A stretch of DNA of 63,773 nt, counting the filler, from Octopus bimaculoides (taxonomy: Eukaryota), in assembly GCF_001194135.2 (NCBI RefSeq). It is 4 parts of 2 records of this genome, joined end to end, with 100 filler letters (N's around TTAATTAATTAA, not from the genome) between each part and the next. Parts side by side here need not be neighbours in the genome. Positions count along the whole stretch, not along the records: positions 49,198 to 63,773 come from NC_068984.1; 3 more parts are not named here. One strand, written 5' to 3'. The position numbers and the translations under genes were made by a program. Positions 50,958-63,773 of the stretch are shown in pieces. The notes under the pieces are model-generated. The model was not told the DNA's origin. It did not search any database and was given only the letters and a program-made list of their open reading frames with translations. Numbering within the stretch: the stretch's first letter is position 1; every line of letters begins with the position of its first letter.

Positions 50958-52715
50958 AAACCGAATATCGTGTATGTAAGTAAAAACTTTCAGAAAGCAG
51001 ATATGGAGCAAAACAAAAAGTAAAACTTTCAAAGCAATGTATGTCTAAATTCACAATATATACTCACAAGACGTGGCGACTGTAGATTCCTCGCTTAGAC
51101 CATCATTTTTCAGCTTTGTTGTCTCGTCAATATATTCTGAATTTGAATATCAACCAATGTTAGATGCAGGATAAGGCAGTGAGCTGAAAGAATCGTTAGC
51201 ACACACGCTGGGCAAAAGGCTTAGCGGCATTTCGACCGTCTTTACTTTATGAGCTGAAATTTCGCCGAGGTCGACTTTGCATTTCATCCCTTTCGGAATC
51301 GATAAAATAAGTACCAGTTGAACACTGGGATCGATGCAATCGACTTACCTCCACATCCGAAATTGCGGGCCTGGTGCCAAAATTTGAAACCACTATTAGA
51401 TACAAGATACGTAGATGTTATTTTCCAACGTAAGACACACACGCAACCAAAGGTTCTAAAGTGGAAGAAAAAATTTTAAGGACACACAAGTTAGTTTTCA
51501 ATCATTATAATAGCATAATTACGGATGTAGATGATTCCGTAACTTCATCACAAGACATTAACGTGATAATCCAGAACGCATATATTTATATTATTAAGAT
51601 TGCACAGAAGAAATATTTCGGCAAAATTTGTTATGTGACTAGAGACAGTGCATCACTAAAAAAGCTTTAAAATTGTAGTACCAAAAACGTTTAATGGATC
51701 TCAAGAAATTTTTTATATTACGTATCGATGACGTAATAATATCTCAAGAACAAGTAAATTTATTTGTAACCTAATTTCAACTTTCATCCATTATCCTGCA
51801 AACTTAGCGCGAGCCGATTCTCTCGACATGCCGCTCTGAATGATATAATTAAAAGGGGCTTTGACGAGTCTGGTTTCCATTCTTAGTTTCAGTCAACAGC
51901 TCTCGACAGCGGTTGTGAGGAGTGGGGTGGGGCAAGCGACCTGACGAAATATCTTAATCTGGGACGCGGCGTGTAGCGATTCGGCTGCAAACCAGGATGT
52001 GGTAACTTATTCCTCTTAGTGCATTAGACGTAATTATGCAAACTACTACTGACTAAAATTTTTCACAACTCTTTATCTACTCCTAAAATTACTATCCATT
52101 GATCAGTGTGTTTGAGAAAAGTGGGATCCACCGATGAGATTAAATAACATTGAAACCCGACTGAAGCTGTTGCTTGGTTGTTCTCAAATATTTGATTTCT
52201 TCCACTAATTTTTAGGTGATTTAACAAGGCCTTGAGTCCAAAGTCAGAGGTGCACATCTCTTTCTTCCAACTGATCCAGTCATTTGCTAATGTGATATTT
52301 TCTAACATTTATCTCATTGCTCATTGATCTTGTGAGCCGCTCGTTTTTTGCGGTTTTCTAATACCCGCTTTACTAGACGTTTCTTCATGAATAGTTTTCG
52401 CTAGTAGTTGCTTAGTCCTGATCCAAGACACCCTGATTCCAGCCACGACCAACCTATCTCTTTGCCTTTTAGTATTTAGGTGTACATTCTATTTGTGTCA
52501 GTTATTTTATAAAACGATGCGGCGTAAAAGCTATCTCAAACGAAGGTGTTTTGATATATATANNNNNNNNNNNNNNNNNNNNNNNNNNNNNNNNNNNNNN
52601 NNNNNNNNNNNNNNNNNNNNNNNNNNNNNNNNNNNNNNNNNNNNNNNNNNNNNNNNNNNNNNNNNNNNNNNNNNNNNNNNNNNNNNNNNNNNNNNNNNNN
52701 NNNNNNNNNNNNNNN

Positions 52716-52748
<33 letters not shown>

Positions 52749-52749
52749 T

Positions 52750-52791
<42 letters not shown>

Positions 52792-52859
52792 TTTATTTAT
52801 ATATGTGTATATATATATATAGTTATATTTCAGAATTGTCAATTTTTCTTGCAAAATAA

Positions 52860-53125
52860 ACGTATGTACTATATATTTGTTCTTCACTCGTTTATTATTG
52901 TTCTTATCTTATATCATGTCTATGTCCAATGTCTGTAAATCTTTCGTCACACATCTGTGACCTCGTCAGGGATTCTTCCAACTACGTGCGTGTATCCTCC
53001 TGTTCTGTTTAGTCCATTTTCTGTCAATAAGATGAAGTAAGAACAATAATAAACGAGTGAAGAACGAATAAATAGTGCGTGTGTTTATTTGGCAAGAAGA
53101 AAAACGATCAACCCGAAATATAATA
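52860..53125. mobile_element. Second copy of the foldback/hammerhead element
   Basis: Arms ttcttcactcgtttattattgttctta / taagaacaataataaacgagtgaagaa; the spacer on the minus strand carries CTGACGA-G-GTCAC-AGATGT-GTGAC-GAAA. Confidence 0.75.
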
Positions 53126-53299
53126 ATATCTGTTTCAACACACGATTTTACATCAGGAATCTTGCAAAAAAAATTTTTTTTAGATTAAACGTATATAGTC
53201 AATAAATGCGCCAATTTCGCATTAATATGCACTGGAGTCTACGCATTTTGGACAAGAGAGTGTAATGTGTGACACAAGCCCTTACCATTTAAAACAAAT

Positions 53300-54050
53300 T
53301 CATCGTGGGGATAGTTGAAGGTGAATTGGATGTTCTATGTTGAAGGGATATGGCGACGCGAACAAGCAAAGGATGTTGTTGGAAGTTTCTAGTCAGTGTC
53401 TCACTCAGCGACAGCAAGGAGGGTGATAGCCATGTTTTTGTAGAATCCGAAAGCACCTGCAAAACTCGTGTTCCCCTTTGTGTAACAAGCAGTCCTATTT
53501 TGGTGTAACATTGCTTACCTAATATCGGATGCAGAGTAAGTAAAGGAACTCTTGCAGTAAACCAATCAGATGGTCATTTAAATATCTTGGAAGCAGAGTA
53601 AACTTTAAGAGAACTTTTGATGAATCTAAGACTACACATGTTGTATTTTGAGTACAATTTTGTATGAAGCAGAAGCATAGACGCCCTGATACATAAAGAA
53701 ACTCGAAAACTTTCACATGTGTTGCCATTAAATGGCAAGATAAGATATCAAATGCCAAAATTTTAGCAAAATGTTTTATCTTCAGTATTGAAAACATGCT
53801 GTTGAGGATTCATTGCAGATGGGAAGTAAGTGTTCGAACACAAGACAATCGCATTCCTAAAATTCTTTTGTATGGTCAACAGGTAGAAGGATTCCACGGT
53901 AAAGGAAGACGTATCCTTAGGTATAAGGATAAGTTGAAACAATCATTAAAACCCCAATAGCTTAATTAAACATCTTGGGAAAGTTATTGCACAGATCGAT
54001 CTGTGGAATAAAATGCGACATGATGCATCTAAACAATTTTGAGTTGAAGT
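53300..54050 (+). mobile_element. RTE-like LINE RT C-terminal remnant
   Basis: Pieces such as QDNRIPKILLYGQQVEGFHGKGRRILRYKDKLKQSLK match the RTE C-terminal RLPK.ILYG.L..G.R..GRP..RYKD.LK pattern. Confidence 0.75.
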
Positions 54051-54291
54051 AGCAGAACAATATCGTAACATATCCTGCAGTGAGCAGGCACATTTGTCCA
54101 AATCCAGAAAAAATTGAACTCATTATTGTTCCCGTTCTGATTTTGTGGCAAAATCCATACATGGATTCAAATTACATTCACGCATCCATCGCAGATAGAT
54201 GCAGCTTCTTTTATCTTTCACTTTTTAGTTTTAATCCTTTCCATCACTCATACGTTAATATCAACGGGAGTGACCGTCGTCGTCGTCGTTG

Positions 54292-54329
<38 letters not shown>

Positions 54330-55171
54330 AACATCATCATCATCATCATCATCATCATCATATATATATATATATATATATATNNNNNNNNNNNNNNNNN
54401 NNNNNNNNNNNNNNNNNNNNNNNNNNNNNNNNNNNNNNNNNNNNNNNNNNNNNNNNNNNNNNNNNNNNNNNNNNNNNNNNNNNNNNNNNNNNNNNNNNNN
54501 NNNNNNNNNNNNNNNNNNNNNNNNNNNNNNNNNNNNNNNNNNNNNNNNNNNNNNNNNNNNNNNNNNNNNNNNNNNNNNNNNNNNNNNNNNNNNNNNNNNN
54601 NNNNNNNNNNNNNNNNNNNNNNNNNNNNNNNNNNNNNNNNNNNNNNNNNNNNNNNNNNNNNNNNNNNNNNNNNNNNNNNNNNNNNNNNNNNNNNNNNNNN
54701 NNNNNNNNNNNNNNNNNNNNNNNNNNNNNNNNNNNNNNNNNNNNNNNNNNNNNNNNNNNNNNNNNNNNNNNNNNNNNNNNNNNNNNNNNNNNNNNNNNNN
54801 NNNNNNNNNNNNNNNNNNNNNNNNNNNNNNNNNNNNNNNNNNNNNNNNNNNNNNNNNNNNNNNNNNNNNNNNNNNNNNNNNNNNNNNNNNNNNNNNNNNN
54901 NNNNNNNNNNNNNNNNNNNNNNNNNNNNNNNNNNNNNNNNNNNNNNNNNNNNNNNNNNNNNNNNNNNNNNNNNNNNNNNNNNNNNNNNNNNNNNNNNNNN
55001 NNNNNNNNNNNNNNNNNNNNNNNNNNNNNNNNNNNNNNNNNNNNNNNNNNNNNNNNNNNNNNNNNNNNNNNNNNNNNNNNNNNNNNNNNNNNNNNNNNNN
55101 NNNNNNNNNNNNNNNNNNNNNNNNNNNNNNNNNNNNNNNNNNNNNNNNNNNNNNNNNNNNNNNNNNNNNNN

Positions 55172-55900
55172 TGGGTGCGTGTGTGTGTGTGTGTATGTGT
55201 ATGTTGTGTATATGTGCGTTGCTGTGTACGTGTGTGTGCGTGAGTTTGCTTCTGTATGTGCGTGTGTTGTTTATGCCCATGTGTGTGTGATTGTATGCGT
55301 GTCTGTGTGAGTGTGTTGTGTTGGTGAGAGGTGTGTGTGCGTGTGTATGTGTATGTGGGTGTGTGCGGGTGTGTGTGTATGTGTGTGGATGTTCGTGTGT
55401 GTGTGGGATTGTGATGTGTGTGGGAATGTGAGTGTTAGGTAGGTGTGCGTGTGTTTGTATGCGCGCGTGTGTTTATGTGTGTCTGTATGTGTATGTCCAT
55501 GTGCGTGTGTGTATATTTTTTGTGCGTGCGTGTATGTGTATATAATGTGTATGTTTTCGTGCGTGTGCGCGCGTGTGTGTATGTTGTGTATATGTGCGTT
55601 CCTGTATGTGTGTGCGTGCATGTGTTTGCTTACGTACGTGTGTGCAGGTGCGTGTGTCATTTATGCCACTTGTGTGTGTAGTTGTATGCGTGTTTATGTG
55701 AGTGTGTGTTGTGTATGTGAGTGAGCATTGTGTATGTGAGAGGTGTGTGTGCGTGTGTTTATATGTGTATGTGTGTACGTGTATGTGTGTGTATGTGTGT
55801 GTTTGTGTATGTGAGAGGTGTGTGTGTGCGTGTGTGTTTATGTGTGTGTGCGTGCGTATGTGTGTGAGATCGTAAGGATGTGTGCCAGGTATGTGTGTTA
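55172..55900. repeat. Degenerate (GT)n low-complexity tract
   Basis: Read directly from the sequence. Confidence 0.9.
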
Positions 55901-57878
55901 TTTTGTGTGTGCACCATTGAGCTCATTGCGGAATATATTCTTGTTCTTTTTCGTTTTTTTTTGTTTTTTTTTGTTTTTTTTTAAAGAAATATATGTTCTA
56001 AAATATAATACTATACTGTATCATATCATATTATAATTATCTATCTCTCTATCTATCTATCTAAATACATATATAGATAAAAATAAAATCACTAATTTGG
56101 CTAGCCATGTATAGCATCTGAAAGTCAACTGCACACCACATACAATCAAGTGGAGAATCGTGAAGAAACCTACTTCATATATAAATACGTCAAAAAGNNN
56201 NNNNNNNNNNNNNNNNNNNNNNNNNNNNNNNNNNNNNNNNNNNNNNNNNNNNNNNNNNNNNNNNNNNNNNNNNNNNNNNNNNNNNNNNNNNNNNNNNNNN
56301 NNNNNNNNNNNNNNNNNNNNNNNNNNNNNNNNNNNNNNNNNNNNNNNNNNNNNNNNNNNNNNNNNNNNNNNNNNNNNNNNNNNNNNNNNNNNNNNNNNNN
56401 NNNNNNNNNNNNNNNNNNNNNNNNNNNNNNNNNNNNNNNNNNNNNNNNNNNNNNNNNNNNNNNNNNNNNNNNNNNNNNNNNNNNNNNNNNNNNNNNNNNN
56501 NNNNNNNNNNNNNNNNNNNNNNNNNNNNNNNNNNNNNNNNNNNNNNNNNNNNNNNNNNNNNNNNNNNNNNNNNNNNNNNNNNNNNNNNNNNNNNNNNNNN
56601 NNNNNNNNNNNNNNNNNNNNNNNNNNNNNNNNNNNNNNNNNNNNNNNNNNNNNNNNNNNNNNNNNNNNNNNNNNNNNNNNNNNNNNNNNNNNNNNNNNNN
56701 NNNNNNNNNNNNNNNNNNNNNNNNNNNNNNNNNNNNNNNNNNNNNNNNNNNNNNNNNNNNNNNNNNNNNNNNNNNNNNNNNNNNNNNNNNNNNNNNNNNN
56801 NNNNNNNNNNNNNNNNNNNNNNNNNNNNNNNNNNNNNNNNNNNNNNNNNNNNNNNNNNNNNNNNNNNNNNNNNNNNNNNNNNNNNNNNNNNNNNNNNNNN
56901 NNNNNNNNNNNNNNNNNNNNNNNNNNNNNNNNNNNNNNNNNNNNNNNNNNNNNNNNNNNNNNGTTTGAATGGCCATTTTTTCAAACAATCTAGTAGTTTG
57001 GGATGTTGATAAAATTCTTTAGAAATTAACAATGAAAATGATATAATTAAACACTTCAAGCCTTTCGGAAGCGGCCACTGCTGATATACCGGAAGTCCTA
57101 ATTTTCCCTTTCCATGGAACAACTTTAGCATTGTTATCCCCGTGTCAACGTTAAGGAAATAAAAACATTACAAACTCTTGAATTTTCATTTTTTTTTTTT
57201 TACCTTTCTTAAATGAATAGAATTTAATGAAAGAAAATGAAAATCATTCAAAGTTGCAAACATTTAATGAAATACTTTTAACAAACTATGTAACCTCCGC
57301 ACATACCTTGCATAAAAACTTCTTTTAATCAACATCCATAAGGCTGCTGATTTCTCTTTCACACAAAAATGGATAGTAATGAACCAGAGTTAAGAAGGAG
57401 ACTTATAATGTTAAGATTGTCCCATGGAAACAGATGATCACAACTTCCGACACGTGTATGCAATGGACGAAAAGTTATATTAGTGTAGAAAATTTGAAAA
57501 AATTCCGGTGGTTAGAAAAATTAAAGAAGATCCTAATATTCTGATATGTATTGATATATATTACATACTGTAACGTATTACATGGTATATTTTCATCTAT
57601 TCATGTTACATGATATTTTATTACAATAATTTGGGCTGTGATATTATTGTCATGGTGAACTATTACAGTTCTCTCCCTCTCTTCTGTTACCTTATTTTCA
57701 TTTATATTGTTCACTCATGCAATTGTCTAAACCCATTTTCATTATATATGTAATAAACTTTTATCCAGGAGTTTTATTTACAATTCTGAAGACAAGACAA
57801 ATGAAACTGTAATCTTGAAATGTTTTCACGTATCTTATAGTTTTCTTTTGCTGTCTGTGTTTAAAGATATACATACAT

Positions 57879-57917
<39 letters not shown>

Positions 57918-58323
57918 NNNNNNNNNNNNNNNNNNNNNNNNNNNNNNNNNNNNNNNNNNNNNNNNNNNNNNNNNNNNNNNNNNNNNNNNNNNNNNNNNNN
58001 NNNNNNNNNNNNNNNNNNNNNNNNNNNNNNNNNNNNNNNNNNNNNNNNNNNNNNNNNNNNNNNNNNNNNNNNNNNNNNNNNNNNNNNNNNNNNNNNNNNN
58101 NNNNNNNNNNNNNNNNNNNNNNNNNNNNNNNNNNNNNNNNNNNNNNNNNNNNNNNNNNNNNNNNNNNNNNNNNNNNNNNNNNNNNNNNNNNNNNNNNNNN
58201 NNNNNNNNNNNNNNNNNNNNNNNNNNNNNNNNNNNNNNNNNNNNNNNNNNNNNNNNNNNNNNNNNNNNNNNNNNNNNNNNNNNNNNNNNNNNNNNNNNNN
58301 NNNNNNNNNNNNNNNNNNNNNNN

Positions 58324-58363
<40 letters not shown>

Positions 58364-59448
58364 GTAAAGAATCATTGTAATTCAACCGTGAGAGAGTGGC
58401 AAATTTGCATTAACAAATGAATAAAATATTTGTAAACAAGTAGAACAGAACCGAATTGTTAAAGCACCTTGTCTAGAGGTGGGAGCTTGCGTGGGTGTCT
58501 ATACATGTATATTATATACGAGTGAACAAGGTTACTCTGAACTACTAATATATAGTCGTCGGTTTATATTTTGTTCCCTACAAAAAATATCGCGCTCTCG
58601 GTTAATCTCTCTGGTTTGCAATTATCTCTCTCTCTGTCTGTAGCCGAATATCTATCACAGAGTAGGAAAAACAGGCTCTTCCAAGCAAATGTTCTTTTTG
58701 CTGATTTTGTTTGGGTCCAATTCAGTTTTGATTGAGCCAGGTGATCTGTGATGAAATTCTATATCACTTATGATATTATTGTCCTTATTTGCGTACAATA
58801 GGTAATAGAAAAGAAGGAGAGGGCTGTGATAGTCCACCATGACACAAATATTAAAGCTCAAAGTACTGAGCCTATGCTTCAAGAATGTTTTCTGTCTCAA
58901 ATAAATAGAAAATTATTAAAGAGTATACATCAATTATTAAGTATGTCGAAATTCACTTAAAATATAATTAAAATACTATGATAAAATAGCGTTTCAAAAC
59001 ACAACACTTAGAGCAGCTATTATTTTTGAACAACCTAATATATGACAAAATGTAGTTTCCAGAAGAGCTTAATCGAAGTTTTTAACATGTTGAAAAACTA
59101 TGATGACATTGTCATGTCTATGAAATATCGAGGTTTACTGTCTGTATCTCTATTTGTGTGTTCTGTGATTGTAGCCAAACAAAAATTCATTGTGACGATG
59201 AAATGTTTTGACAAATGTATTATTAAACACAGACTCTTGTGCAAAAACTACTGTGAGAATATTTCTAGGCCCTGGAACCATAAACACAGAATTTTGCTCA
59301 TTACTGCATTATCAAGGAAAAATTTTACTCATTACTATATCATCAAGGAATATCATCGAGAAAAGATTGACAATAGAAAGTAACGCGCATGCCGAAGAAC
59401 CGTGCATACGAAAACAGGCACAGACACAAACACAGGCACACACACACA

Positions 59449-59519
<71 letters not shown>

Positions 59520-60367
59520 AACTCCCGCTCTTGTATCAACAATTATGTATTGATTTCTAAGAGACGCAAGAACCATATATTCTATTTACGAGAACAGTAG
59601 TATTGTGGCCGCTCCCGTTTTGTTAAACGGCACTCCTTTACTGTAACCTCCACTTTCTAAGGGTAAAGAAAGATAAGTGCGATTCCAATGCGATTTTGAC
59701 TTTAATTAAGACGTTAACTAATTAAAATACAGCATTGACATTTTATTGGACACTATATTTGTGTCATGTTCTATCCCATTTCAGGCCTGATTCAGCAAGC
59801 CTAAAATTATAATTCTAACCTATTTTCCCCTACACAACATCTAAGGAGTACATTATTTTAACATGACTTGAGAAACATATTTGGCTACTATTTCTCTCAG
59901 ATCAGTGACTATATAGATTCACTTAAGTTGTCTCGTTCCCTTTAAATGTTTTTATTATGCGGAGCCATTCTCTATATTTATTTATTTTCTTTGTATTTTG
60001 TATTTCAATCTGAGTACCATCTGAAAATTCACTCCTATTTGTTCTCTTTGCAACTGTCTATTCTCCATGAAAGGAATTATGGATTATATTGCAATACCAT
60101 GAGGATATCAAACTGACCATCACGAATATTTTAACCATGGTATCGTATTTTTAACCTTGTCATGTAGTTTCACAGACTACACTATGCTGCATGTATATAG
60201 TACACTTTTGATTTATTTGAATGTCGTCTGAAGTAATCGTATGAAATGCATTAGACTGCAAATCTATTCAAAATACAATGTTTTTCTTTTTTCACTTTCT
60301 GCTATTATGCTTTCTTCATACAATTTCGAATCTTTGTCAAGTCGAGGAGAATAATGAGACTTTATAT

Positions 60368-60417
<50 letters not shown>

Positions 60418-60597
60418 GAACGTGCGTACTTGTACACGCTTCTATAAAACAAGATTAAATGTATAGAAAAAATAATAATATAAAATAATAATATAAAATA
60501 TAGTTGCTTTTTTTATTATTAGGATTATACTTGTTCATGTTTTTATTCAAAAATGTTGAATAGAAGTAAGGACAACAAGGATAATAATAATAACAAT

Positions 60598-60632
<35 letters not shown>

Positions 60633-61093
60633 TAATAATAATAATAATGATAATAATAATAATAATAATAATAATAATAGTAATGATAATAATAATAATA
60701 ATAATAGTAATGATAATAATAATACTAATAGTAATAAATAATTTCTAATATAAGCACAATGCCTCAGATTTGTGGGAGGAATATAGGCGATTATATCGTA
60801 CTCAGTACTTTGTGATTTCTGACATGCAGAAGAACAAAACGTAAGAAGGGGAGGGCATCAGCTGATTGTATATACGTAATATATGACTGGTACTTATTAT
60901 ATTGACTCTACAACGATACAGTATAAACTGAATTCTCCTATGATTTGACGTCAAGACGCAAAAAACGCGCCAAAATAAATATGACGTATTTTCGTTTGTT
61001 TGTTTGACACATTCACGTTTGTGACATTCACTGTTCTCTAATGTTCAACGCAATCCTAAGAAATAAACAAAGAAACAAGGTATTTTTTCACGT

Positions 61094-61126
<33 letters not shown>

Positions 61127-61127
61127 G

Positions 61128-61169
<42 letters not shown>

Positions 61170-62360
61170 CGTTGTTGCTGTTGTTGTTTAGTTCCACCTC
61201 AGACGTGGTCGAGCAAATATTTTAACGCACCATTTTGTTTTCTACACAGTTGTATCAAAGATTATGTTATCAAATAGTTCCTTTCCTTTTAAAGCCTGTT
61301 ATATAGATGCGTGGTTGTGGTTAGTAATGTTAGTCTCTTCTTTAGAGTTTGACGACCATGTATGGTACAAGTCCTGACCTAAGGTGCTTGTTCAGGGTTA
61401 ATGACAAAAAATAACAAACAAAAAAAAACAATGACAACATCTGATAGGAGATAATAATTATGTCACATGTGCTGGCGATGAGTTCTTTGACTTTGACTGG
61501 CAATCACCGATAGATTGTATCTCAATAAAACAAGTTGATTGGTGGTGAATCTTATAGTATGCATGCAACAGTGATACGCACATTTGCCTAAGTTATTTCT
61601 GGTAAGTTATTCATCATTATTAGTAGCACCAGGGCTTAAATGGCTCGCAGAACTATACCTGATACTGATGAAGGATCACGATTTTTGAGACATTCCTCAA
61701 TTGAGGTCATCAAATGAATGAGTGGAAAACTGAAGATGTCGAAGTAGAATATCATATCGTAAATGTAAGATCAACCGCAGGTTCAGGATTATTAATCTGT
61801 GTTTCGGCAATCATATACTAGATCACGGTTATTACACCTAGAGTACAGACGTAGTACGTGCTCGTTAGGTTTTCGTTTTCACGCAAGATGACCGAACACA
61901 TGGAGCAGAAACCTTAAGCCCATATCTCAAAACCAGAGCGATTTCCATGCTCTGTCAGCACGTTGGGGACGAATTCTGCCATTACTCTCCGCATGCAGAA
62001 ATCCTTCATATAATCAACGTAATCATATACTAGATTATACTATAGAGTGGGATATGTTAACCATCATTGGACGATATCGTCTTTCTGATAAAATCGTATT
62101 TCTTATTTATCTTTTATCTTTTATTTGTTTTCAGCCATTAGACTGTAGCCATGCTGGGGCACTGCCTTGAAGAAATTTTAGCCGAATGAATTGACCCTAG
62201 TAGTTATATTTTCTTATCCCTGGTACTTATTCTATCGGTTCTTTTGCCGAACCGCTAAGGTACCGGGGCATAAGCAAACCGACTTAGGTTGTTGAGCAAT
62301 GGTGAGGAACAAATACAGATTCAAACACACACACACACATGCGCACTCACACGCACATGT

Positions 62361-62418
<58 letters not shown>

Positions 62419-63286
62419 NNNNNNNNNNNNNNNNNNNNNNNNNNNNNNNNNNNNNNNNNNNNNNNNNNNNNNNNNNNNNNNNNNNNNNNNNNNNNNNNNN
62501 NNNNNNNNNNNNNNNNNNNNNNNNNNNNNNNNNNNNNNNNNNNNNNNNNNNNNNNNNNNNNNNNNNNNNNNNNNNNNNNNNNNNNNNNNNNNNNNNNNNN
62601 NNNNNNNNNNNNNNNNNNNNNNNNNNNNNNNNNNNNNNNNNNNNNNNNNNNNNNNNNNNNNNNNNNNNNNNNNNNNNNNNNNNNNNNNNNNNNNNNNNNN
62701 NNNNNNNNNNNNNNNNNNNNNNNNNNNNNNNNNNNNNNNNNNNNNNNNNNNNNNNNNNNNNNNNNNNNNNNNNNNNNNNNNNNNNNNNNNNNNNNNNNNN
62801 NNNNNNNNNNNNNNNNNNNNNNNNNNNNNNNNNNNNNNNNNNNNNNNNNNNNNNNNNNNNNNNNNNNNNNNNNNNNNNNNNNNNNNNNNNNNNNNNNNNN
62901 NNNNNNNNNNNNNNNNNNNNNNNNNNNNNNNNNNNNNNNNNNNNNNNNNNNNNNNNNNNNNNNNNNNNNNNNNNNNNNNNNNNNNNNNNNNNNNNNNNNN
63001 NNNNNNNNNNNNNNNNNNNNNNNNNNNNNNNNNNNNNNNNNNNNNNNNNNNNNNNNNNNNNNNNNNNNNNNNNNNNNNNNNNNNNNNNNNNNNNNNNNNN
63101 NNNNNNNNNNNNNNNNNNNNNNNNNNNNNNNNNNNNNNNNNNNNNNNNNNNNNNNNNNNNNNNNNTCGTATTTGCACACACACTTGCATACAGAAATAAA
63201 AATGTAGTCACTGTGCTGTATTTAAGATTGAACTTGTTCGTGATCTTTTTCTATTTTTTTAAACAGAAACTCAAGAAAATAATAAA

Positions 63287-63355
<69 letters not shown>

Positions 63356-63376
63356 CATAATAATAATAATAATAAC

Positions 63377-63434
<58 letters not shown>

Positions 63435-63731
63435 GGAAGAAAAAAGAGAAAATAGAAGTTAAGAAAATAGGGGTTGGGAGAAAGAAAACACTACTAAGTA
63501 ATACAGAGAAGTCATACAAGTTTTTGACAAAAGTGGTTTAGGTGCATACATTATATACATTGCTTAGCTGACCTTCTGTAGAGCGCGTGCGCTCGTTTCC
63601 TGTTCATCGAAGCGTTAGGACCTTATTAGAAGAATTATAGAGGACAATTGATTATTTCGCTGAAGTCTTTGCAAGAACATTTTGTAATTGTTATTGCTAT
63701 TATTAGAGCGGCAAAGAGCGGTAGAGTAAGA

Positions 63732-63773
<42 letters not shown>

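Noticed and set aside
57085-57450. Two similar peptides (NAKVVPWKG / NVKIVPWKQ) on opposite strands
   Set aside because: The similarity is at DNA level between inverted ~45-bp repeats, probably the decayed TIRs of one element; no splice-supported ORF was found.
58655-59400. Short ORFs at 58.7-59.4 kb
   Set aside because: There is no recognisable domain, the LIEVFNMLKNYD stretch resembles a decayed LINE C-terminus, and splice support is weak.
2444-63455. Long ORFs in the supplied track (200-550 aa)
   Set aside because: They consist of X from gaps and of YI/CV/HT/poly-N or poly-I translations of microsatellites.

Overview
AT-rich, microsatellite-laden, gap-rich animal genomic DNA. The SINE families, repeat style and TTAATTAATTAA gap spacers look like an octopus (Octopus bimaculoides-like) draft assembly; this species call is from my recollection, not a search. 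Nearly all ORFs in the supplied track are artefacts of microsatellites or N runs. Most of the window is SINEs plus decayed mariner/Tc1, Helitron, Penelope-like, RTE and RLE-type retroelement fragments and MITEs. Two things stand out. (1) Four small, phase-compatible plus-strand exons (25559-25611, 28690-28702, 28840-28910, 31130-31210) splice into a Cys-rich peptide with two in-frame TGA codons: GGRPDLKAGRCAGCGHIR-L(U)LR-GNLIPLDASEFVHGGTTLEGSSLE-CC(U)RHRIEWYCPGVKTIMKSVGQLMME. I cannot assign it to a named selenoprotein family, so it is a candidate undescribed multi-Sec selenoprotein. It runs into a CpG-depleted domain (~28-47.8 kb) that also holds a weak SECIS candidate at ~45.35 kb. (2) At least seven hammerhead-ribozyme motifs occur in six unrelated sequence contexts. 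Two are structurally near-complete type I hammerheads (14426-14506; 19841-19896, the latter with a U3-A8 core variant) in retrozyme/Penelope-LTR-like settings. The gene's N- and C-termini are unresolved.
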